Assembly (NCBI GenBank): GCA_028534125.1
Contig: CM052817.1
Span: 44,270,001 to 44,334,000, forward strand
Direction: 5' to 3'
DNA from: Lama glama
Lineage: Eukaryota
Length of the DNA stretch: 64,000 nucleotides
Position 1 is the first letter of the stretch. Each line of letters begins with the position of its first letter. Below the pieces are notes generated by a model. That model ran no database searches. It was not told the DNA's origin and saw only the letters and a list, made by a program, of their open reading frames with translations. This document shows positions 24,100-37,250 of this stretch, piece by piece. The position numbers were made by a program, and so were the translations under genes.

Positions 24100-24620
24100 G
24101 TGTGGGACAAAGTAATAAACGCTATGGGTGCCTCAACCATATCCATTTTACCCAAATGCTTTTGGAAAACTGACTTTTTCTCCAGGGAAGCCTCTGATAG
24201 ATATAAGTATGGTTCCATTCCCTTGACAGTGACCTGTTCTGTGTGACCCAGTTCTGTCTGGTGAAATGAGAGGAGAGGTTTGCTGAAAGCTTCTGGGATT
24301 GTGCTTTCTCACTCTTAGGAGAAATTCAGAGGTCAGCGTTTCTCTCTACTGTTGGACACAAACAAGGAAGCATGAAGACCAGCTGTTTCCATTTCACAAC
24401 TATGAAAGAAATCAGCCTCAGGCTGAAGCCCACAGACTGGAGAACAGAGAAGAAACGCAGAAAAAATCTGGTCCTTGATTATACCGTTAAGCTGCTAAAT
24501 CAACTAACTCTTGAACCCTATCTCACTTTGATAAGTGAACTAATACATTTACCTATCACTTAAGTCAGTTTTAGTCAATTGTCAGGTTTCTGTTACTTTC
24601 AGCTGAAAATAATGCAGACA
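24100..24620 (+). mobile_element. MLT1 (MaLR) LTR remnant
   Basis: gtgacccagttctg...cttaagtcagttttagtc...tttctgttactttcagctgaaa. Confidence 0.55.
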
Positions 24621-24671
24621 GAGACTAACTTTCTTCTTTTATATACTTTCTATCTTTTCCTTTTTAAATCA

Positions 24672-24705
<34 letters not shown>

Positions 24706-24735
24706 AGTGTGTGTATACACACACATATATATACA
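24672..24735. repeat. Compound (TG)n/(CA)n/(TA)n microsatellite
   Basis: Seen directly in the sequence. Confidence 0.9.
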
Positions 24736-25487
24736 CCTATTTTAAAAGATTTTAAGAAACTGTGTTCCAAGCATTGATAAATAGAGTATTCAAGAAAAAT
24801 CCCCTTCAGTCTTAAGGGTTTTTTTTTTTAGGAGGCTAGCTTTTTTCCCCCTCAATGAGTTCAACTGTTCCAACTCCTCTACAAGGAAGACACGGGTTTG
24901 ACCTTTACAGAGTTAATATAGGTTGAGCTACATGAAACTGACATTTTGTAGGTCATAATGGTCAAATTTTGGCAGTTTTACAGTATGAATCACTAACCAT
25001 AGTGTTTATGTAGAAGAAATTACGCACGATATTACTAGGGGCATCAGTCTTCTGTTCCAATGCCCTGAATACCCTTGGCCATTGATGAACTTTCCCTTGG
25101 GCTTTCCTCGGTTGCTGGCTATTTTCATCATTTCTACCCCTAGGTCATAGAGAATTGATGGAGAAAGACCAGAACCCCATAGATCAGATCAATACATATT
25201 CATACTGTCTACACCTGTTTTTTTGTTTTTGTTTTGTTTTTTATATTTTCTAATGCCTGTCATTCCCTCTAGCAGCTATGCCATGCTTTCTATGTACAGA
25301 GAAAACCAAGTCATCTCAGCAGGAATGTCCTATTTCCCCTCCTGTACAAACTGACATCTGTATCTACAGCCCTCAGCATCCCTTTTCCTTTCCAAAGATG
25401 CTGTCCCCAGACTCTGCCCTCCCAAATGTCTGATGTTGGAGCAGAAGGTAAAGAAAACAAAAAGACACTAATATATCATGGCATAGA

Positions 25488-26056
25488 GTATTGGTTAGCT
25501 ATTTCTGCATAACAAGTTACCCCAAAATATAGTGACTTAAAATGATAAACACTTATTATCTCACAGTTTTTGTGGGTCAGGAAATCAGAGGTGGCTTGTC
25601 TGGGTGGTTCTGGCTCAGAGTCTCCTATTGACACTGCAGTCATGATGTTGGCTGTGGCTGCAGTCGTCTGAAGGCTTGGCAAAGGTTGAAAGATCTGCTC
25701 CCAAGGTGGCTCACTCAGATGCCTGGCAAGTTGGCATTGATTGTTGGTGAAAGGATGCAGTTCTCCCCATGCAGTCTTCTCCACAGGGCTGACTGAATGT
25801 CCTTATGACATGGAAACTGACTTTCCCAAAATAAGTGATTCACAACAGAGAAAAGAGCAAGGTGGAAGTCACAATGTCTTTTACAAGCTAATGTAAGAAA
25901 AATCACTCTGTATCATCCCTGCAATATCCTATTGGTTATCAAATTATCTCTATTCAATACAGGATGTGAATACACAGCAGTTACCAAGAGGCAAGAATCA
26001 AGGGTTACCAACAAGCAAGAATCACTAGGGACTATCTTGGTAGCTGACTACCACAC
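25488..26056 (-). mobile_element. MLT1F/G-like MaLR LTR, near full length
   Basis: gctatttctgcataacaagttaccccaaaa...ctcacagtttttgtgggtcaggaa...gctgactaccaca. Confidence 0.8.
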
Positions 26057-26059
26057 TTA

Positions 26060-26200
26060 GCTACTACCTTCTCCATTTTACAGATGAGAAAACTGATGCT
26101 CGTAAGGTCTACAGATTATGTTGAATAAGAAGGTGGTCGAGGCTGATGGGAAGCCAATGCAGTCTGACTCTTAAGCCCACGCACTCGCTACTGCATCATC
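26060..26200 (-). mobile_element. MIR SINE
   Basis: ccattttacagatgagaaaactgatgctc...cagtctgactc. Confidence 0.7.
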
Positions 26201-26467
26201 CTGGCTCCAACGTGGAGACACTGTTCTGGAATGACTTTGAATTGTTTGGTCACTGTTAAATTATTTAATTTTTTAGACTAACAATATTTTATTTTTCATT
26301 TTTCTTATAAAGCTGTACCTATGGTGGACATTCAGTGAATAGTTATTTATGCATCCAGCCAATAAAGCAACTTTAAAAAATGGAAGGGCTAATACTCTTA
26401 TTACAAAGTTTTGACATGAGTACTGTGCATGTCTGTTTGATATTTCAGTTTCAGCAGCAAATTATGT

Positions 26468-26525
26468 TAATAATAATATAATATATGAAAATAATAATAA
26501 TAATAATAATTATTATTATTATTAT
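26468..26525. repeat. (AAT)n/(ATT)n microsatellite containing a perfect 32-bp palindrome
   Basis: 26494-26525 checked base by base as self-complementary. Confidence 0.9.
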
Positions 26526-27351
26526 GGGATTTGAAAGAGTGATTGGACATGAATCAAAGTGACCCTGAGAGGACTGGGTTGAAAAAAGAGGCCAAGTCCA
26601 TCAGTTTTTGGGGGGGTTAATTCCAAACAGAGTTTGATCACCTGTCTCTTTCTCTCCCTGATCCTTCTTATCATCAGTCTTCCCAGTTAGATGAAATAGA
26701 CTAACCAGAAAGGGATTGAATTTAAATGTGTAATCAACTCTTTCTCTGGTCCTATGCAATAACAAGGTTTATATTTTTGTCTGGATTAAAAACATTTTTT
26801 TACTTTTAATTTTTGTTTAGATATATTATATGTGTGTGTGTACCATACATACATGTATTTGTTTGCTTGTTTATTTATTTATAAGAATCTTACAATCGAA
26901 TAATCTAACCACTCAGAGAAAAGTATATTAACATGCTGGTATATTTTCTTCTAAAACAGTGAATTTTTTAAATAATTAAGTGATGCTAAAAATAGTCTTT
27001 ATATCTTTTTTCTACTTAACATTTTTATATTGTTGAAGATTCTTCAAGAATATTACTTGTTAATAGTCCATTGATTATTTCTGATTATAGGTGTACTATG
27101 ACCTCTTTGCAAAAAATTTGGAAATTTCTGAAAAATATAAGAACAAAGATATCTCATAGCCTACCATTGAGATAGCAAATGTCAATGTTTATGTATATTC
27201 ACTTCTATATTTTTTCTATACATATTTATATAGAGAGATAAATATATATTTGTAAAAACAGAAGGGGTATTTCTTTTATAGTCACTTTTTCCACTTAAAA
27301 GTATATCAGAACATTTCTCCATATTAATGCATACAAGCCTTCATTACATTT

Positions 27352-27453
27352 TTTTTTTAATGTTTTTCCTTTTTTTTTTTCCCTTAATGGTGGTACTGGG
27401 GAATGCACCCAGGACCTCATGCACGCCAAGCACGCTGTATGCACCCCCAACCC
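27352..27453 (-). mobile_element. tRNA-Ala-derived SINE, short form
   Basis: ggtactggggaatgcacccaggacctcatgcacgccaagc with a T-rich (antisense A) tail. Perfect 14-bp TSD ccttcattacattt at 27338-27351 and 27454-27467. Confidence 0.88.
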
Positions 27454-28439
27454 CCTTCATTACATTTGTAATGACCACAACTACCCACTGATATCTAGAT
27501 AATTTCTATGTTTTCTTTTTTATAAATAACTCTGTGGTCAACAGCCTAGCATATACACCTTCACTGCTTATTTAGTTATTTCCTTAAACTCCTGTAAGTG
27601 GGACTGGTAGATATTAAAGGAACTTGAGAAAAACCCTCACCTTTAGCCACCTCTCTCTTACTGCCCTCAGTACTTTGTAATAGCTCCCTCTACATTTCAG
27701 GGGTGTTGTAGAAATATTCTTCATTTAATGCTGTGTATAAAGATTATAAAGTAGAAATATATCCAATAGCGTCTTTTTTTTTTCTCCTTTTGGTGATGTT
27801 ACTGTTTTTGGTTTTGGTTCGAGCAACAGAAATAGACACTGGCTAAAGTTATCAAAGTAGACATTCATTGTAAGGATCTGGATAGCTCACATAGGAGTGA
27901 ACAGTCAGGCCTCACATAGGAGAGGAACCACCCTCCAGGTATTACTAATGGCAGGACTCAGCTTTATTTTCCAATGTTCTGTCACTCTGCCCAAGACTCA
28001 AATGCCCAGGTAAATATCTGGCTGGTCTAGCTTGGATTGGGTGCCCACCTCTTATCCCCTATGTGTGTGTGCACCTGCATCTTGATGGATCCCACCAAAA
28101 TCCCAAGGCAGAGACATATGTAGTCCCCCAAATAAAAATGGAAATACTCTTTTCAAAAGAAGGAGAAAGGGCTGCTGGACAGGCAAAAGCAACCGTGAGT
28201 ATATCAGGATGCCATTTGTATTCAAATATGCCTATGAAATTCCAGGGTACAAGTTCATGTCTATAGACTTCTTTAAATGACAACAGAGAAGGCATTAAGT
28301 AAACATGTTTCAATATTTAAGCATAAGTTGGGGATCCAGGTAAGTCTCAGAGGGAAACGATCTTTAATAATACATAAAATTCATCTGTTAAGAGAGGAGG
28401 CCCATGATGGGCAGATCGTGACCTGCCAGTAAAGGCTAA

Positions 28440-28745
28440 AGTAGAGTTTGGGGTGCAAGATGCTTATTAGGGATGTGGAAAGAAATGGGATGAAGCCAGA
28501 CTGGGCACAGGGAGAATTTGAACTGTAATGTAGACCAAATAAGAGTTGTCCCTCTTTGGGCAGAGATGGTGGGCCTTATATCTGCCTTGCTCAGATCCTA
28601 TATGGGCTGCTTCTGGACACTGTGCCCTTAGGAAGGGTTTTTCTCTACAACTGGGGCAGACCCTAAAGGAGCTAATAGTTGAGACTGCTATCTGCACTCC
28701 CAGTGGCTGGGAATCAAATCCTTCCTTAAAAGGGATTGATGTTGT
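28440..28745 (-). mobile_element. ERVL LTR33-like remnant
   Basis: gggtgcaagatgcttattaggga...gactgggcacagggagaatttgaactgtaatg. Confidence 0.45.
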
Positions 28746-28884
28746 GTATTTGTTTACCACGAGCCACAGGTCCTTTTAATTTTTTCCAGTTTCAAAGCAA
28801 TTTTTTATAGGCTATCATTTTTAATTAACCCTTCTATTTAAAAATGTTTTTACATTGCAGAAAAGTTGTGAAGATATATACAGA

Positions 28885-29316
28885 ACATGGATGGACCTAG
28901 AGATTATCATATTAAGTGAAGTAAGTCAGATAGAGGAAGACAAAGATCGTATGATGTCGCTTATATGGACTCTGAAAAAAAAGATACAAATTTTATTTAC
29001 AAACCAGAAATAGACCCACAGACACAGAAAACAAACTGTGGTTACCAGGGGGGAAAGGGGGAGTAGAGGGATAGATTAGGAGTTTGGGATTAACAGATAC
29101 ACATGACTATATACAAAATACATAAACAACAAGGACCTACTGTATAGCACAGGGAACCATACTAAATGTCTTGTTATGAGCTGTAATGGAAAAGAATCTG
29201 AAAAAAAATATGCATACAAGCATATTTTTATACAAGTATAACTGAATCACTTTGCTGTATACCTGAAACTAATGTATATCGATCATGCGTCAATAAAAAA
29301 TAAGAATTTAAAAAAA
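28885..29316 (+). mobile_element. L1 3' end (artiodactyl type)
   Basis: aacatggatggacctagagattatcat...aacaaggacctactgtatagcacagggaac...caataaaaaa. Confidence 0.9.
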
Positions 29317-29790
29317 TGGTATGTAGCGTTCTCACATAACCCATACTCAGTTTCCGCTATTATTAACATCTTATAGGAGTACAGTGCATTTATTACAATT
29401 AAGGAGCCAATACTGATACATTATTATTCGTTTAAATCTATGATTTATTCAGATTTCCTTAGTTTCTACCTAATGTCCTTTTCCTGTTCCAGGATCCTGT
29501 ACAGGACACCCCATTACTTTAAGCTGTCATGTCTCTTTGGGCTCCTCTTGGCTGTGACAGTTTCTCAGACTTTCCTTGCTTTTGATGACCTGGAAGGTTT
29601 TGAGAACTAGTCAGGAATTTTGTAGGATGTCTTTCAATGTAGATTTGTCTGACATTTTCCTCATGATTAGACTGAGGTTATGAGTCTGTGGTAGGAAGAT
29701 CAAAGAGGTAAAGTGCCACTGTCCTTATATCACGCAGTGGAGAAAACTGACGAACACAGTCAGATGATTAACAATATCAACAATGAGGGG

Positions 29791-29924
29791 GGAAGGGATA
29801 GTTCAGTGGGAGAGCACGTGCCCACCAAGCATGAGGTCGTGGGTTCAATCCCCAGTACCTCCACTAAAAATAAGTAAATAAATAAAAACCCAATTACCTC
29901 CCCCCCATATAATAAATAATAAGT
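29791..29924 (+). mobile_element. tRNA-Ala-derived SINE, long form
   Basis: gggttcaatccccagtacctcca...caattacctccccccc. TSD aacaatgagggg at 29779-29790 and 29925-29936. Confidence 0.9.
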
Positions 29925-31394
29925 AACAATGAGGGGTCATGTTGGCATGTCAGAGTCCTTGATACGATGTAATGAGAATGGCACAGGGAGCTCCTTCAGC
30001 TACTGTGTCCCTTACACATACCCCCATCATTGCTTCTGTTGGTTGCTTTTGAGTACTTCCTTACTTTCTGGGAATGGAAAGTGCTCCCAGGCATATATTG
30101 TATATTTCCTGCCCCAGATCTGGAATCTGCCATTTCTCTAAAGGCTCTGGGTCCTTTCATTTGAGAATTATATTAGAAGCCAAGATCTGGGGACTGGGTG
30201 TGCTCATTGCCAACTGGAGTGTGATTATTCTTGGCCTTCCTGGCTGACAGATTAAGGGAATATGTGTGTATACCAACCCATGTATATGTATGTATCTTTT
30301 TTTGTTTGTACACAAAAAATACAAATATTTTTATTTGTATCTATACTAAGATAATCAAGAGTTCATATTGATGTTTCCAACTCAGTTCATTACCACAATC
30401 TTACCTGAACCCTTTGCAACCACTCATCTGTTTACAGATTTTATAGTTTTGCCTTTCCAGAACATCATAGAAATCGAATCACTCATCTTGTAGCCTCTTT
30501 AGCCTAGCTTCTTTCAGATGGTAATATGCATCATACTTCCTTTTTTCTTTTCATTCAACATCTAACTAACTTGGTGTTGAAAAAAGTTACTACAAAGAAA
30601 ATTTAAGAAATTTTCATTAGGCTGTGAAAAATATATTTTATATATATATATATATATATTTTTTTTTTTTGCATGTTTTGAAGCTCTGATACACATTTAC
30701 AGAAAGGTCCTGTGTCCTCTTGACAGCATTGGGTACCATTTTTTTTTTGCCACTTTTATAGTAAAGAATGATAGCTTGTAGCTTTTTAAATTTAAATTTA
30801 TGTAACAATTAGTGATTAAATTTAAAAAAATATTTTACTAGCCATTTTCTTCTTTCTTTGTAAATTTCCTATTTATATCTTTGCCTATCATTTCCATGAG
30901 GAGTGTTTAACTTTTTTTCTTGAGCTAGTGTAACATTTTTTTTCTAGCTTTAATGCATAAAAATATCAACCCTTGTTATAAATAAAATTCTCATTCTGGC
31001 TGCAAAATAGTCCGTCATATGAGCACATTGAAATTTATGTAATCACTCCCTGGTTCTTGAATATTAGATTGTTTTCAATTTCTGGGTTTTTTCTCTCTCT
31101 CTTTCCTCCCTCCCTTCCTTTCTCCTTCCTTCTTTCCTCCTTTCCTTTCACTCTTCCATCCTGCTATTATAAAAAGCACAATAAACATCTTTGCACATGT
31201 GTGTCTAAATTTCTAATTATTTCCTTAAGAAATGCTCCTGAAAGTGAAATTACTGAATCTATCAGTATGAATATATTAAAACACTTGATACATAGAGTTG
31301 GGTTATTTTTCAGAAAGAATCAACCAATTTATAATCCCACTACCAATATATTGGGGTCCCCAGGTCACCATACATTCATAAAGAATAATAATTA

Positions 31395-31905
31395 CTTAAA
31401 AATAGAACTACCATATGATCCAGCAATTCCAGTCCTGGATATGTATCCAAAAGAAATAAAAACAGGATCTCGAGGGGATAGCTGCACTCCCATTTCTACT
31501 GCAGCATTATTCACAATAGCCACGGTATGGAAAACACCTGAGCATCTATCAACAGATGAATGAATAAAGAATATATAGATAGATATGTAGGTAGACAGAT
31601 AAATATATATATAATATACACACACAATGAAAGATTACTCAGCAATGAGAAAGAAGGAAATCCTGCCATCTGCAACAACATGGATAGTGTTATTCTAAAT
31701 AAGAAAAGTCAGAAAAAGACAAATAGTGTATAATATCACTTATATGTGGAATCTAAAAAAACTAAAGTCATATAAGCAGGGAGTAGAATGGTGGTTATCA
31801 GAAGCTGCAATATATACATGTATCAAATCAACACATTGAGTACCTTAAACTTATGCAATGTTATGTATCAGTTAAATCCCAATAATTTTTTAAAAAATAA
31901 AAGAA
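31395..31905 (+). mobile_element. L1MA-like 3' end including the degenerate ORF2 C-terminus
   Basis: aaaatagaactaccatatgatccagcaattcca translates as [11 protein letters not shown], typical of the L1 ORF2 C-terminus. Confidence 0.9.
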
Positions 31906-32844
31906 AAATTATTCCTTTTACATGTACCTGGCACTGCTCAAAGGATGCCTTTCTGGTCTTGGAGTGAGCCCAGAGGGTTCAAGACTGTGCAGGCAGATAC
32001 AGAAGTCTTTGAGAGGTCTTTTCAGTGAGCACATACAAATAAGAACTGGGAGTGTTGACATGCATACAGCTGCTTGCTACAAGATTCATTCTACTCCAGT
32101 TCATCATTTTTTAGAACTTCCACATAAGCTGTGTGTTTGTTCATGGAATTTCTTACAAGCTAAGAATGTATTTTAAATTGAACAGAGATAAATTAACGGG
32201 AAACCATGACATATGTGTTAAATACACTTGCCTAGGAAAGACATAGACTAAGAAATAATTAAAGAATTCAATCTTGGCACTGAAGGAAATACAAAGTATC
32301 TAGCATTCTTCTGCAGAATTGTCATATTAGATAAAGTCAAATAAATGGCTTTTTCACCATTAAACACTTATGGAAACATTGAATACTAATCAAAAGATAT
32401 ACACTTATATACAAGCTGTTTCTTATATTATTAATGCTCTTCTACTGATCTTGTCAAGGAAATAGTGCTCAATTTATGACATTTCATATAGAAGTGGAAT
32501 TATGACCTCAGTCCAGAAACAATAAAAAAGAGAAATGAAAAAGAGGAGAGAAAAAGCTGAAAACCCTTAGCAAATATTATTTTTCTACACCAATTTCTTA
32601 ATCATACCTAAACTTTCCTCACTTACTAAATTTTCTATGCATTTTAGATACCTCATAAAATTATGTAAATACCCTTTAACAGAGTGCAAACATCACTTAA
32701 TTATAGAAACACAATCTAAACATTGCCTAGAACCATGAAATTGTCTCAATTGCCAGATATAATAATTGTTACTATTTGCTGGGGTCTTACTATAGGATCT
32801 AGCAAGATGCTTTCCACATGTTCTCAATTAATCAGCACAGCAGT

Positions 32845-33280
32845 TGTAACATGCAGTTTACCTAAAGCAAAACCCAAGACAAAAAATTGTGTGCCAGTAG
32901 ATTATTCGGGAGGTGATCCCAGGAAGCATGAAGGAGATAATGGGAAAAATGAAACAGGTAGGAGAGAAAAGCTAATAGAGGGCTTGTCAATGAGCTGGTT
33001 ACCACTGTTGGGAAGAGGGACTCCATCCAACTGGGGACCCAGTGAGGAACTGTGTTAGTGTGCCTCAGAGTTGTCCCACAGAGAGTCTGGAAGGCTGTCT
33101 CTCACTGGTGGAAGTTTGCATGTGGGGACATTAAATTCCTGGTACTTAGCTGTACAAGTCCCCGTGCATCATAAAAAGTGCAGGGACAGAGAAGGAGGTG
33201 GAGGCAGGCACAGAGGTGGACAGCTGCTCGGGCATGGGCTGAGGGACTCTGGGGCACAGCATTGACAGCGTCTGCTATAG
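32845..33280 (-). mobile_element. ERVL LTR16-like solo LTR remnant
   Basis: tattcgggaggtgatcccaggaagca...tgcctcagagttgtccc...gcgtctgcta. Confidence 0.65.
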
Positions 33281-35189
33281 AATTACCAATCTGATTTTAA
33301 AGTCGAATAAACTGGAATTCAGAAAGGTTATCTGCCCCAAGTTACATTGCAAGTGAGTGGCAGAACTGGGGATGAATTTAGTGTGACTGCAATCCCATGC
33401 TCACTACTCCTCCTAAAACATGTTAATGTTGTAGGCACACCTTGAAGATTAAGGAATGAATCACAGAAATTTGGAGGTACATTAGAGATTTTTGAGTCTG
33501 TTCCCCAGGATAAGGAATCAGGAGTCAGGAGGGCTGTATTAACTTGTAAGTCTGAGATCGTAGAGCTGAATGGTTACAGAGTAGGACCAACACCACAGAT
33601 TGCCACACAGTGCTCCTTCCACTCCAGGACACAGCTCGTTTTGTAAATATACTTAACCCATTAAGAAAATTAAAAGATACATATTTATTTTTTACTACAA
33701 ATCTAATATATATTATATTTGAAAGTTATAAAATTATAGAATGGCTTCATTTCTTCTAAATAGTATTATGAGCCCTGTGTCTAATGGAATCTTAAAGATT
33801 ATTCTATGTTTGATTATTTCTCTTCTTGCTGCCTAATACTTTCTCCTAGGAAGTAATTTCCTAAGTAAAATGTTACAGCTGAAATTAAGTTAGCAATTAA
33901 AAACAAATGAACTACTTGTTATAGTCTCTAGGAAACACTTTGGATGAACTAAAGTGTTATTCATTTAGCAAATTAAATATTGCCTGCACAATTGTATTTA
34001 TGTTCACCGTTTCCTTACAGTGATATGAACAGGGACTTTTGCAGTTTTAAAAGATGAAGAAGGTAATATAAGATGTTTTCTCTAGATCAAAAGGTAATCT
34101 ATAAAGACCTGTCATAAGACCGCAATGACAATCGTTTAAAATGAGGGAAAAAAGTCATTACACCATTTTTTTTATCATGATTTGATGAACTAATTCAAAG
34201 AAGCACACTAAATATTCTCATTTAATGTTATACTAAAACTGGACACATTGCTTGTGTCTCGGGGGAAATAAATCTTTTATTAAAATTTTAACTTGCAAAT
34301 TAATGCCACATATGGGGATTCTGATTTAGTAAGATCAAAGTCACATCTGATGATATAGTTCTTCACAAGGATGACCCTATAGCCATACATATTAACTAGT
34401 TATTTTCTTTATTATTTTTGCAGTTGTTTTTTTAAAAAAATCTTCGTGTTATTTATATTCATTTTATAAATATTTAGTTTATATTATGCCACATGAATTG
34501 TTTTGAAGCTTTGTCCTTGACCAAATCTGAAAGTATGGTTCCTTCTTTTCCCCTCCTCACTGCCATAAAGACCAGGACGTAACAGCCATTATTTCCAACT
34601 TATTGACGTAATTTTTCTCATAATGGACTGTTTCTTTTCCCTGTACAGTCTTGAGTATTTCTGCCATTGCATATGTGAATTTCCAAAACTGCCCTTCTTC
34701 CTATCTGGGAGAAGAGGGAACAAAAGTATGGAAATAATCAACGTTTCCAAAAGAATCAATGTAATAAAAATATCTATTGAAAGAAATATAATGTGTTGCA
34801 TTCATGCATATTTGTATAGCAGCAGCTGTTTTATTTCAAGAGCCAGGCAGATTTTCCCTTAATGGAAACAGATATAATCATAGGGCTAAAATAGAGCCTC
34901 AAGTTTCATCCTTTTGCCTTAAGACAGATCTATCCCTAAATAATTTGGGGTAGACGGGCCCCATTATCTTTGAAAAGATTGATAAGAAGAGAAAGTGTCT
35001 TTTGAAAAGTACCCTTAGTAAACACTTGTATTGTAAAGTACAATTCAACTCTTAAGAATGTCATTTTTTATCTCTCACTTTAAGAAGCGTTTCAAAGTAG
35101 AACAGTTGCTACTTTCTATCTGTATTCAAGATTTGTACTAAGTACTCTTCTGTAGTGTTCTCAGACTTCTTAGATAATGGTGCTTGTAG

Positions 35190-35680
35190 CAAATGTTACC
35201 TTCCCCAGCGCTCGCCAACAAATCTCCAACACCAGATGGGTGTCCATTCAAATCTGACACTACACAGACCCCATCCATTAAGGGTCAGTCCCAAAAGACT
35301 GCCCTCACTTCAGATGCCAGTTACAAGTCCAAGGGCCATCTGCACTTCTGAGGACCAACTTGACTACAGATTTAGGGGTTCCTATCTATGACCCCTCTTC
35401 AGGTTTGATAATTCAATAAAATGATTCAAAGAACTCAGGAAAGCACTATAGCTAGAATTACTGTCTTATTATAAAGGTTACAACTCAGGAACGGCCATAT
35501 GGAAGAGATACATAAGTCAAAGTCTGGAGTGGGAAGGCCTGAAAATTTGTGCCCTTCCAGATACATCAATATATTCACCAACCAGGCAAGTCAATGAACC
35601 TCCTTAGAGTTTTTATCAAGGTTTCATTATACAGGCATGATTGATTAAATCATTGGCCATGCGATGGGACTCAATCTCCC
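35190..35680 (-). mobile_element. MER21-like ERVL LTR
   Basis: cagtcccaaaagactgccctcacttcagatgccag...gaactcaggaaagcact...attataaaggttacaactcaggaac. Confidence 0.75.
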
Positions 35681-36190
35681 CAAAACATGAGCATGAGCAG
35701 TCACTCCCCATTCTCATCTATCACCAATACTTTCTGTCTCTTTGGGCTTGCCCATACTGCCCATTTCATATAAATGGAATCATACAACATGTGGTTATTT
35801 GTGATTGGCATCTTTCCCTTGCACAATATTCTCATAGTTCATCCATGTTGCAGCATGTATCCATTCATTTTTTATTGCCAAGTAATATTCTATTGTATGG
35901 ATAGAACACATTTTGTTTCTCCATTATTAGTTGATAGACACTTGGGCAGTTTCCACTTTTTGACTATTATGAATAAGGTTGCTATGAACATGTGCATATA
36001 AGCTTTTATGTGAAATGTGTTTTCATTTCTTTTGCATATATACCTAGGAGTAGAACTGCTGTGTTATATCTCTATATTCAACCTTTCAAAGAGTCGACAG
36101 ACCGTTCTCCAAAGCAAGGGTGGCACCATTTGACATTCTCACGAGTCGTGTCTGAAGAGCACAGGATCTTCTATCTCCACCCACGAAAAA
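35680..36190 (-). mobile_element. L1MB-like fragment
   Basis: catttcatataaatggaatcatacaac...ttccactttttgactattatgaataa...atacctaggagtagaactgct. Confidence 0.85.
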
Positions 36191-36639
36191 AGTAAAACTC
36201 TTGTTGTAGGTCTAATTTTTTTAAAATCTGAGGAAAGATTTTATTTGGCCTGGCCTGGGTCAGATGCTGACCTGTTCTTCTCATCTCTGTTGTTACAAAA
36301 TAGTCATGTAAAAAGATGGTTATTCAACACATGGCTACGGGAAGGACTGTTTCCCTGGAAAGGGATATCCTGCTATACTGGGCAGACAAAATGCCAGCCA
36401 CGGAACCGGAAATGTAAGGACAGTGCTACCCCTAAGTAATTGTAAATACATAGGAGCACTGGGTTGACACAATGACTGGAGGATGCCTCTGTAGCATCTG
36501 GGACCTGGAGGTATAAATGTACTGAAATGTACAGAATGGTCTTATTCAATAAAGATTTGTTCTGCCCAAAGGCCAATAATGTTCCAGTTTATAAACCCAA
36601 CTCTGTGATAATAAACTCTTCCTCTTACTAATTTGGAAC

Positions 36640-37020
36640 ATATCTATTCCAAATAAAGATTTTATTTGCCAGCCTGCCTTTGTAGCTAGAAGTGGCCATG
36701 CCGTCAAGTTCTGGTCAGTGCTGTGTGTGACTTCTGAGAAGTGTCCTTAGAGAGAGAGGTTGTGCCCTCACTTTCCCACTCTTAATTCCTGCTAGCTGGG
36801 ATGCAGAGATGATGGCTGGTACTGGAACAGCCATCCAGACCATGAAATGGAAATCCCATTTTGAGATATGGTAGAACAAGATAGGAGGAATAGGATGATC
36901 ACAGACTGCCATACCCACTCTGCACTGCCCATGGTTACATGTGAAGAAATCAACTTCTATCTCAATAAATCCTTGTTGTTTTAGTTTTCTGTCACTGTTA
37001 GCTGAACCAGATATAACCAT
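36640..37020 (+). mobile_element. MLT1J-like LTR remnant
   Basis: gtggccatg...ttctggtcagtg...gtgacttctgagaagtgtcctt...ttttctgtcactg. Confidence 0.6.
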
Positions 37021-37250
37021 GTTCTACGTGCCAGGCACCTTCTCTATGTGCCAAATACCATCCTGTGAAAAGACTTTCCATGTATTAACTCAATTACACC
37101 ATATATCAAATCAACTTGATAAGTACTTCTATCTACATCCCACATTTTGAGATGGAAAAACTGAGGCTCAGGAAAATTAAATAGCTTGCCCAAATTCATC
37201 ACAGATTTTACATAGAAGATGCTACTTCCAGAGCCCATGTCTGAAACTAT
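37020..37250 (-). mobile_element. MIR SINE
   Basis: cattttgagatggaaaaactgaggctcagg...gcttgcccaa. Confidence 0.7.

Larger units (their letters stand above)
28830..30530 (-). mobile_element. Old L1MC3/L1MD-like 3' region hosting a younger L1, a SINE and an internal inversion
   Basis: ctcttggctgtgacagtttctcagactttccttg and gaagccaagatctggggactgggtgtgctcattgc match the remembered antisense L1MC/MD 3' UTR. Confidence 0.75.

Noticed and set aside
31057..31563. 168-aa ORF containing [11 protein letters not shown]
   Set aside because: Chance fusion of antisense repeat sequence with a decayed L1 ORF2 C-terminus, not a gene.
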